A program made the translations under genes and the position numbers. 64,000 nt of DNA from assembly GCA_030704615.1 (NCBI GenBank), contig CM060731.1:21824001-21888000 (forward strand), written 5' to 3'. Shown here piece by piece: positions 52,100 to 64,000 of this stretch (positions are counted from its first letter, which is position 1; each line of letters begins with the position of its first letter). The notes below the pieces were generated by a model. That model made no database searches. It was not told where the DNA came from and worked only from the letters and a program-made list of their open reading frames with translations. The stretch is from Takakia lepidozioides (taxonomy: Eukaryota > Plantae > Bryophyta).

Positions 52100-53341
52100 T
52101 CACTTTCCATTTCGCCTAAGATGCAGCAGATCACGAAGATGAATGCGGTCTTGTGGCAAGCCCTCCTGGATGCTCTCCAGTTGTTGAACAATTTCCTCAA
52201 ATCGAGGACGTTTATCCGGATATTCTGACCAGCACTTATTGATCAACTCTTTCATGCCGGAAGGATAGGTCTTTGCCCGTAACACTGGTCGAAGATTTTC
52301 CCTTGCCACAACCTGGGCAGCTTCATAGGCGCCCATATCATCAAAAGGAGCAGTGCCCTCAATCATTTCATACAGAATCATGGCGAAGGAGAAGACATCC
52401 ACACTAGTATCGTAGGGTGCATGCTCAAACACCTCGGGGGCCATATATCGGTAGCTGCCGGTTTCTCCAGTCAGCTTGTAAACTTCGTGCAAATGCTTCA
52501 CCTTGATGAGCTTGCTCAGCCCAAAATCGGCCACCTTCAACTCCATAGATTCATCAAATATTAAATTTCGAGGTTTGAGATCACGATGAATGATGACATT
52601 GGGCCCACTGTGTAAGTAGGTCATCCCTCTGGCCATGTCAAGGGCAAATTTCACTGCGTCCGAGGCTGGCAAAGCTTCTTTCCTTTTAAGAAGGTCATGC
52701 AAATCTCCCGATGCAAGATACTCAGTGACCAACATCATTGGTTGGCGCTCAGTAACCGCTCCAAGAAACTGGACAATGTTAGGATGCCTCACCTTCACCA
52801 ACAATTCCACTTCATGCCTGAAGTCTTTGACCACCGCTCGATCCGTTGAAAGAGATGGCCGAATGGTCTTCACTGCGACCGGTGTGCCTCGCCATGTCGC
52901 CTTCCTTATTTCTCCAAAGGACCCCTTTCCAATGAGAAGGCTATCATTCAGATCTACCTCTGAGGGGTCGATCTCCCAGTCACACTTCTGTGGCAGGGGC
53001 GGAGCGACCGCCACCACATCGCAATGGTTGCCACTGCCTCCAATCAATAGGGCTCCATTCTTTCTGAGCAGCTTGCTCATCTCCTGAAAACCAGCGCCTT
53101 CGGCATCGGCCAGTGGTGAATTGCCCCACCTGTCCTGGGCATTAAGCAAGCACCCATTGGCAACTAAGATCTTAGCAGAGGCAAGGCAGTTGTTGCTAGC
53201 GGCGACATGCAGCGGGGTGCGGTAATCGTAATCGGGAGCATTCACCAAGCTTCTGTCATCTTTCAGCAGCTTCCTGAGATCACCCACTTCCTCATTTCTC
53301 ACAGCCCAGTGCACCTTTGACACCTGGGCTCTGTCCGCCAT
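52100..53341 (-). CDS. Ankyrin-repeat Raf-like protein kinase (VIK/integrin-linked kinase-like), intronless CDS
   Basis: Ankyrin DYDYRTPLHVAA...QDRWGNSPLADA; kinase IGKGSFGEI, VAVK, HRDLKPRN, DFG, TGSYRYMAPE; uninterrupted ORF from ATG 53341. Confidence 0.93.
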   Translation of the reverse strand: MADRAQVSKVHWAVRNEEVGDLRKLLKDDRSLVNAPDYDYRTPLHVAASNNCLASAKILVANGCLLNAQDRWGNSPLADAEGAGFQEMSKLLRKNGALLIGGSGNHCDVVAVAPPLPQKCDWEIDPSEVDLNDSLLIGKGSFGEIRKATWRGTPVAVKTIRPSLSTDRAVVKDFRHEVELLVKVRHPNIVQFLGAVTERQPMMLVTEYLASGDLHDLLKRKEALPASDAVKFALDMARGMTYLHSGPNVIIHRDLKPRNLIFDESMELKVADFGLSKLIKVKHLHEVYKLTGETGSYRYMAPEVFEHAPYDTSVDVFSFAMILYEMIEGTAPFDDMGAYEAAQVVARENLRPVLRAKTYPSGMKELINKCWSEYPDKRPRFEEIVQQLESIQEGLPQDRIHLRDLLHLRRNGK

Positions 53342-53802
53342 AGTTCCTAACCTCGTCACTGCCGTGTGGCCCGTGTTATCCTTGGAGACTTTCCCGAATC
53401 CCAGGCCACACCAGTCAAGTCCACCGTAAACAACCTCTCCTAACCACCCAGACGAGAGCTTTACACTTGGGAGCATTTTGATCCTACCGACCTTTTCAAG
53501 TGAGATATAAACGTACGTTCTTAGAAACGTACATGGCGAGTATACGTCCACATATTGTGTGGCCAGGTTTCCTTTGAATCGCACCGCTTCCAAGGCACTT
53601 TTGAGAAAGAGAAGAGGAGGGGAGGGTATCTCATACTATTTTGTGAGCTATGCGGAGAACATACAGGAAGGGGGAGGAGACGCAACTGAAAAGAGAGGAG
53701 TGTGCATGTGGGTTCTGCATTTTGAGCACCAGACATAGAGCGATTGAGAGAGTTTGATGGTTGTGAATGGTGAAGAAACAAAGAGAGCCAGCCACGGTAA
53801 GG

Positions 53803-56394
<2,592 letters not shown>

Positions 56395-57594
56395 TTTTTC
56401 CCAAACGGATACAACATTGATAACCTCTCCCAAAGGTTATGATCATTGTTTCAAACATTCCTGATACAAAAGAGATCTAGAGAGAAGAGAGAATTTTATC
56501 TTGTGCACAAGCCTGAGGGCCCATGGAAACCAAAAACCAACCTGAATCAGGTCAAAATGCCTCATGCACTGAAGCTCCTAGGGGAGAAGAGAGAGAGAGG
56601 GAGAGAGAGATTCACGGAGTGGCTACTAGTTTAGCCTTCCTGATTGAAGAGCCACACCCTAAATGTATACTACACGAAGAGGTGGCTGTTGTGTACCTAA
56701 GGCGAGTAGGAGTTCTCGTTACATTAAGCATGCGTAGGTGTATTTCACTGCCTTCCTAGTTCATTATTGAGTTGATTTCAATAGGCATAAGCTGCACATT
56801 GTTTCTGCTGTCAATTCCAATGCAGCATTGTGATCAAAATGTGTGGATCACACATCCAACTTCATTAGGTTATTCATTGTTTCAGTTTATGGCTGTATTC
56901 ACTTTTGCATCAGTAGAAAAATGGCATGCCAAGGGGGAGAAGTTATATTTCTGATGGACATATGTCCTTCAAGAGGGCACTAATCAGCACTACTAACAAC
57001 CATGTTATTTAGTTTTCTCCAACTTTTACATTCAGACTACAACTCCAGGATTAGTGTATGCCAATCATATTTTTGGAATGTATTGAATATTGAACGACTC
57101 GGTAACTGTTTCTTTGCGGTCTGTGAAATGATGAGATACATATAGCACATGATTTGGCTTCCATGTGAGCTATTCCTTTGGCCCTGATGAAAAAGCAAGA
57201 TGTTGTACAACAATAAAAGCATCATCTATATACTTTGGATGCTCCAGATTCAAGCCACCCAGACTCACCCTTGAGTGTATGCAAAGCAGAGAAAATGAAG
57301 TTTGTCGTCTTCTCTTCACCATGTCTTCAGTTCCATACATCAGTGTCCCCCTGGATCACTCTACCACTTCACTCCTGCAGCCCAGCAACTCACTTGTGAC
57401 CTTGAATGTGTACAGACAAGAAAAAGGAATTATGAATCACATTGTGAATTACAAAAACCCATGTGGTCTGGGGCTCAAATCCTGGATACTGCATTACCCC
57501 CAGCTAGATTTTCCCTTTTTCTACAAAACCAACAGTACCGAAGCAAAAGAAAAGCTCGGCTGAGCTGAGGACCTTGCTCCTTCTGTTTGAGAAG

Positions 57595-57596
<2 letters not shown>

Positions 57597-57638
<42 letters not shown>
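57597..57638. repeat. (GA)n microsatellite upstream of the micro-exon gene
   Basis: ~21 GA units. Confidence 0.9.
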
Positions 57639-57642
<4 letters not shown>

Positions 57643-57911
57643 AGGGTTTAGTAGAGAGTTAGAGCGTGCGAGGATAAGCGAGGAAGGCGCGTGGGCCAAT
57701 GAGCACCCGTCATCCCTGACCCGCCGCCCTCAGCCCTAGCCGCTGAGAGAGAGAGAGGGGGGGAAACAGAGAAAGTGGTGTGCGATTGGGAGGGGCTTTG
57801 GGGCGGATCCGGTGGGGTTCGTTTACTGGGGTTTATCTAAGAAGCTGTTGGAAGCTAGTGTTGATGAGCTCTCTTTCTTTTCACGTGTACCGAAGAAGCG
57901 TTGCTAACATC

Positions 57912-58176
57912 ATGGCTGCAAGAGTTTTGGGCGAGCACTGTAAGCAGGTGACAGGGCTGTGTGCCCAGTCTGGTGCTCGAGGGTTAGCGCCAGGGCCGGG
58001 AGGAGCTCTGGGCAAGGGAGATCAGAGTGGGTTTCTTCTGATGAAGACTCGATTGTTCAAAACTGAGTTTCCTCGACTCCGAGGTACCCACATTGTTTCT
58101 CCCCTCCCCTGTGTCTGCAGAAGTGGAGGTGGAGGTGCCCCGCGTAGGTACAATTCTGAGGCACCCGATTGGAGAG

Positions 58177-58219
<43 letters not shown>

Positions 58220-61200
58220 CTCTAGGTTTGTAGGTAACTCTACGTTATTGCTAGTCTCTTTTACGCATGGTTTTTTATGTATTTTCTAACCCAGGTTCTC
58301 TCACCATATGTAGTCAAACATTCTTCACCTTCCAGTTTCGGTGAGGCAGATGCCGACTGTTTTGATTAGTGTTACGTGCTGAGTTCTAACATCATGACCG
58401 AGTCTACTCTAGGTTTAACCTAGACTTGTCCGACATCTGTTTGTATGATTTATTAACAGTGGCCGATTTAAGAGTGTTCACTTCTGAATTTGAAGCTGTG
58501 TAATGTATGTTGGAGTTGAGCCATGCTCTTTTTCTTTGTTGGTTTTAGCAGTAAAGTGGGGTGCTCTAGTAATCAGTACTGAAATCGTAGATCGTGGGCA
58601 TCAGCTTTGGCTTAGGGCAGATTTTCTTTTCCGATTTAATTAGCCTATCCGAAAACACTATGAAGCCAACTTATTGACGCCTATCAGTATAATATTATTG
58701 GAGATGTGGTTCTAGAAAAAATTGAAGTCCTTGACTTTGTCAAGGGACTATGTTGCAGACCCACCCTCTGGAACTGGAAGAGATGGGGATGAGTCTGGAA
58801 AGGAGGGGTCTGGAAGAGAGGGATATCAGTCTGGAAGAGACGGGTATCAGTCTGGAGGAAATGGGTATCAGTCTACTCGTAAGTACCTCTGCTCTGCCTT
58901 TTCACTTTCCATCGTTTTCTAAGTTCCCAACTTCTTTTTTTCAATTGAAAAAACTTGGGCTTGTACAACACTGTCAGGCAGATGTAGCTGGCGGGCAATG
59001 TAGTATGTTGAAAGTGAAAGCTGCTTGCAATTAATTTTCTGTGTTGATAGCTGTTTCTGTTGTTCATACGAATTGATGCATTTAGAGCGGCCTCTACTGT
59101 GGTCTAGTTTATACCATATTGGAACAGCAATGTGGTTTCGTTGTGACAGAGATGAAGACTGAAAGATGCTAGGGGAACCTTAATGTGAGTCATAATGGAT
59201 TTGATTGTTTTTATGTTGCAGGGCCGTCAGCTCCACCTGGAAATCCATATGTTGGTCAGTAAATTTGCTCAGTACCTGTTCAGTGTCCAGTTCTTAAATT
59301 CTGAACTATGTGAGTTCAAGCAGTTTGTCTCAAGTGAAACTGTCGAGGAAGGTTGATGAAGCAGGGTCTGAGTCAAATGTTGTACTAGGGAAGTGTAGTC
59401 CATGGAGGGTGGAAGTTTCCTGTAATCAATTTCAGTTTAACCTCCTTTTTATGTCTTGATTGCTGTCTGGGACGACGCTTCACTCAAATTTGATGTACTG
59501 GGAGTGGCCTCCTTGGTGCTGTTGTTTTTGTTGTATTGGGACAGCAATGTGACCTCCTTTCCGGAGTTGTAGAGGGAAAACTTCTGCGGGAGAGCCTTAT
59601 TAGTGTGGACATTTCTGAGTAAGTTACGGACTTGATTGTTTGTATGTTGCAGGGCCGTCGGCGGCACCTGGAAATCCGTATAAAGGTATGTCTGCTCAAC
59701 TATGTGGCTTTGAACATATTTGTCCCTAATTAAAACTGTTTGGTTTATACATTGTGAGGCAGATAAAGTGTGCCTTTAGTTCAAGTTGTATGAGAACAAT
59801 CTGGTCTGTAGTTTATGTCATACTCCAAACAGCGGTGTAGAGAGGGCTTCTGGGATGACTTATCATCATGGAGCCTTATGAGTAATTTATGATAATGATT
59901 TATGTGTTTCAGGACCATCGGCTGCACCTGGAAATCCATACGTAGGTCAGTATTTTGCTCAATATGTCTTTGCTCTTTGGTTGGAGTTTAAATCGGGGTT
60001 CAGGCGCTTTTTGGGTTCATATAAATTCTTCGCTTGTAACTACGAGGCAGGTGAAGGAAGCTCTCGTTTCTAGTCGTGCTGGTTAACAAGGCTAGTTACG
60101 ATGATGATTATGTGTTGCAGGACCATCGGCTGCACCTGGAAATCCATACGTAGGTCAGTATTTTGCTCAATACGTCTTTGCTCTTTGGTTGGAGTTTAAA
60201 TCGGGGTTCAGGCGCTTTTTGGGTTCATATAAATTCTTCGCTTGTAACTACGAGGCAGGTGAAGGAAGCTCTCGTTTCTAGTCGTGCTGGTTAATGAGGC
60301 TAGTTACGATGATGATTTATGTGTTGCAGGACCATCGGCTGCACCTGGAAATCCATACGTAGGTCAGTATTTTGCTCAATACGTCTTTGCTCGTTGGTTG
60401 GAGTTTAAATCGGGGTTCAGGCGCTTTTTGGGTTCATATAAATTCTTCGCTTGTAACTACGAGGCAGGTGAAGGAAGCTGTCGTTTCTAGTCGTGCTGGT
60501 TAACGAGGCTAGTTACGATGATGATTTATGTGTTGCAGGACCATCGGCTGCACCTGGAAATCCATACGTAGGTCAGTATTTTGCTCAATACATCTTTGCT
60601 CTTTGGTTGGAGTTTAAATCGGGGTTCAGGCGCTTTTGGGTTCATATAAATTGCTTCGCTTGTAACTATGAGGCAGGTGAAGGGAGCTCTTGTTTTAGTC
60701 GTGCTGGTTAACGAGGCTAGTTATGATAATGATTTATGTGTTGCAGGACCATCGGCTTCACCTGGAAATCCATACGTTGGTCAGTATTTTGGTCAATGTC
60801 TTTGCTCTTTGGTTGGAGTTTAAATCGGGGTTCAGGTGCTTTTTGGGTTCATATAAATTGCTTTGCTTGTAACTACGAGGCAGGTGAAGGGAGCTCTTGT
60901 TTCTAGTCGTGCTGGTTAATGAGGCTAGTTGTGATAATGAGTTATGTGTTGCAGGACCATCGGCTGCACCTGGAAATCCATACGTAGGTCAGTATTTTGC
61001 TCAATACGTCTTTGCTCTTTGGTTGGAGTTTAAATCGGGGTTGAGGCGTTTTTGGGGTTCATATAAATTGCTTTGCTTGTAACTACGAGGCAGGTGAAGG
61101 GAGCTCTTGTTTCTAGTCGTGCTGGTTAATGAGGCTAGTTATGATAATGAGTTATGTGTTGCAGGACCATCGGCTGCACCTGGAAATCCATACGTAGGTC

Positions 61201-63894
61201 AGTATTTTGCTCAATACGTCTTTGCTCTTTGGTTGGAGTTTAAATCGGGGTTGAGGCGTTTTTGGGGTTCATATAAATTGCTTTGCTTGTAACTACGAGG
61301 CAGGTGAAGGGAGCTCTTGTTTCTAGTCGTGCTGGTTAATGAGGCTAGTTATGATAATGAGTTATGTGTTGCAGGACCATCGGCTGCACCTGGAAATCCC
61401 TACGTAGGTCAGTATTTTGCTCAATACGTCTTTGCTCTTTGGTTGGAGTTTAAATCGGGGTTGAGGCGTTTTTGGGGTTCATATAAATTGCTTTGCTTCT
61501 AAGCTACGAGGCAGGGAGCTCTTGTTTCTAGTCGTGCTGGTTAACGAGGCTGGAAGTTAACTGGAAGGCCTTGCCAAAGCCTATCCATTTAGAGTGGGCT
61601 CTATTGTGTTCTAGCTTAATGTCATACTAAAGCAGCAATGTGGTCTCCTCTGTTACTCAGGTGTAAAGGGAAAAACCTCAGGGGAAGACTTTGAATTGTG
61701 GAGCTTTGTGACTAAATTATGGATATCTTGGATTTGCATGTTGCAGGACCTTCTGCGTCACCTGGAGGACCTTCCGTCTCACCTGGAAATCCAACATATG
61801 GTTAGTTTCTTTGCCCAGGACCTTGTTGGGGTATTGTTCTTCTTTGTTCAAATACGTGGGTTCCACCTTCTTCTGGCAATGTTTTGTGTCTAAAATCATA
61901 AGGCAGATGAACTGTGCTCCCAGTCAAAGTTGTACTCGAGCAATGTAGTCCGTATTCTATATCTGTTTGTTGACTAGGACACTTCTCTCAATGTTGATCC
62001 ATTAAGAGTGGCCTCTTCTGTATTGTAATTTATGTCAGATTGGGACAGTAATGTGATCTCCTCTCGCAGAGGTGTAGAGGGAAAATGTCTGCTAAAGCCT
62101 TGTTATTGTGGACCAATGCGAGTAAATTATTGACTTGATCGCTTGTATGTTGCAGTACCTTCCGTCTCACCTGGGAATCCATATGTTGGTAAGTTGTTTT
62201 TTCTCAGGACCTTGTTGGTGTATTGTTCTGTTTTGTTGAAATATGTGGTTCAACCTTCTTTTTGCAATGTTTTGTGTTAAAATCGTGAGGCAGATGAACT
62301 GTGCTCAAGTCCAAGTTGTACACGAGCAATGTAGTCTCTAATCTATTTCTGTTCGTTGACTGGGACGCTCCTCTCAAAATTGATCCATTGAGAGTGGCCT
62401 CTTCTGTTTTTTAGTTTATGTCAGATTGGGACAGTAATGTGATCTCCTCTCACAGAGGTGTAGAGTCACAGAGGTGTAGAGGGAAAACGTCTGCTAAAGT
62501 CTTGTTATTGTGGACCTATATGAGTAAATTATTGACTTGATCGCTTGTATACTGCAGTATCTTCCGTTTCACCTGGAAATCCATCCGTTTCGCCTGCAGT
62601 ATCTTCCGTTCCTGTTGGTAAGTTGTTTTTACTCAGGACCTTGTTGGTGTATTGGTCTTTTTTGTTCAAATATGTGGATTCAACTTTCGTTGTGCAATGT
62701 TTTGTGTTAAAATGTTAAAACTATGAGGCAGATGAACTGTGCTCCGAGTCCAAGTTGCACTCGACCAATGTAGTCCCTGATCTAATTTGTTTGTTGACTC
62801 GGACGCTTTTCTCAATGTTGATCCATTAAGAGTGGCCTCTTCTGTATTGTAGTTTACGTCTGATTGGGCCAGCAATGTAGCCCCTGATCTATTTCTGTTC
62901 GTTGACTGGGACTCATCTCTCAAAATTGATACATTAAGATTGGCCTATTCATTATTGTAGCTTATATCAGATTGGGACAATGTGATCCCTTCTCGCAGAG
63001 GTGCAGGGAAAATGTCCCTCGAAGCCTTATTATTGTGGACCGAGTGAATTATTGACTTGATCGTTTGTATGTTGCAGGGCCATCTGCTGCACCTGGAAAT
63101 CCATATAAAGGTCACTGTCTCTGCCCCGGACCTTTTCAATCTATGCTTGTATCTTGGCCAAATTTGTGGCTTCAAGCATATTTCTGCTTCAATTGAATGA
63201 ATTTTATTTGTATGATGAGGCAGATGAATAGTTCGAGTTGTACCAGCGCAATGTACTATATGGAGATTAGGGTTTATTATTTTATTCCCGTGTGTTTTAA
63301 TTTGGAGGCCTCATCGAAATTACTCCATTGAGAGTGGCCTTTATTGTGCTCTTTGTCATGCCGTATTGGAGCATGGGTGTGATCTTTGTCCACAGAAGTG
63401 GAGAGGGAAAGCTTCTGGGGTATTTATCTTAGTGGTCCTGCGTCAGTAAATGATGGACTTTGATTGTTTGTATGTTACAGGGCCATCAGCCGCACCTGGA
63501 AATCCATATAAAGGTTGATATCTTTGCTCAGGAACTTTTCAATTGAAATCTCCAATTTGCACAAATATTTGGCTTGAAGTCTCGTCTTTAAATTATGGAT
63601 TGGTTTAGAGGGGTTTTGTCATCGTGTACCTGTGTGAGTTCAATATGGACCTGATCGGTCGTATGTCACAGGCCCATCAGTTGCACCAGGAAACCCGTAT
63701 AAAGGTCAACTTTTATCCCAGGATATTTTCACTTTAAAGTCTTATTCACCCAAACATGTGGTTTCAAGCATTTTGTAAATTCTTGAGTGAAAACTTCTAG
63801 GGTCTTCATCGTTGTGTACCTGTGTGAGTAAATTCTGGACTTGATTATTTGTCTGATACAGTGCCATCAGCTGCTCCAGGAAATCCATATAAAG
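57912..63894 (+). CDS. Unknown, probably plastid-targeted, low-complexity repeat protein encoded by a micro-exon array (3'-partial). Exons: 57912-58176, 58759-58878, 59222-59254, 59653-59685, 59913-59945, 60121-60153, 60330-60362, 60539-60571, 60747-60779, 60955-60987, 61165-61197, 61375-61407, 61747-61800, 62156-62188, 62558-62617, 63078-63110, 63481-63513, 63672-63704, 63862-63894
   Basis: Every internal exon is bounded by (Y)AG and GT, has a length divisible by 3 and is phase 1-1. The joined frame is stop-free: MAARVLGEH...PCVCRSGGGG..., SGRDGYQ repeats, then (GPSAAPGNPYV/K)n. The gene continues past the window end. Confidence 0.8.
58180..58217. repeat. (CT)n microsatellite at start of intron 1
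   Basis: ~19 CT units directly after the donor GTAC. Confidence 0.9.
59880..61550 (+). repeat. Tandem repeat, ~208-210 bp unit x 8; each unit is one 33-nt exon plus intron
   Basis: Near-identical units GGACCATCGGCTGCACCTGGAAATCCATACGTAGGTCAGTATTTTGCTC... recur with exon starts at 59913, 60121, 60330, 60539, 60747, 60955, 61165 and 61375. Confidence 0.95.
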
Positions 63895-64000
63895 GTCAAT
63901 AGTGCTTCTCATGAACTTTCCACTCCAAATATCCATCTTGCCCCAATATGCGAGTTGAAGCACTTTCTGTAAATGACTAGGGGGAGGCTCCATCTACCCT

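Noticed and set aside
53342-53593. N-terminal extension of the kinase ORF (497-aa call)
   Set aside because: Non-ATG start and no homology-like content. The ATG at 53341 directly precedes the ankyrin region, and the upstream part looks like UTR or intron.
60284-61502. ORF-track 61-72 aa ORFs (MFLVVLVNEASYDNELCVAGPSAAPGNPY...) as tandem small genes
   Set aside because: They start at TTG/GTG and read through intron sequence. Only the 33-nt splice-bounded core is conserved in the older units.
59880-61550. CRISPR-like array (conserved ~33-nt repeat with intervening sequence)
   Set aside because: Intervening sequences are near-identical 175+ bp introns with GT-AG ends rather than unique spacers; eukaryotic context, no cas genes.

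Overview
Eukaryotic nuclear DNA from a land plant, most likely a non-seed plant or bryophyte (inferred from GT-AG introns, the plant gene set and the chromovirus types). Left flank (1-13.4 kb): the 3' part of a spliced mitochondrial adenine-nucleotide carrier (ADNT1-like) and a complete type II (K+-independent) H+-pyrophosphatase gene. Middle (~14.5-48 kb): a nested transposon island. It holds two decayed copies of a Tcn1/Tf1-sushi-like chromovirus with a self-priming site and a -1 frameshift signal; an Athila-like Ty3/gypsy element with a ~1180-aa extra ORF, into which a young full-length Galadriel-like chromovirus has inserted; the 3' half of a CACTA element whose TnpA-like gene carries an FCP1/NIF-like HAD phosphatase domain; hAT-type MITEs; and a LINE fragment. 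Right flank: a secreted S-protein homologue, an intronless ankyrin/Raf-like kinase head-to-head with MDP-1, and the most unusual feature. This is an unrecognised gene (57912 to beyond 64000) with a plastid transit-peptide-like first exon followed by at least 17 frame-preserving micro-exons (15 x 33 nt, one 54 nt, one 60 nt). Each micro-exon encodes a GPSAAPGNPY(V/K)-type unit, and the array was built by repeated duplication of an exon+intron cassette.
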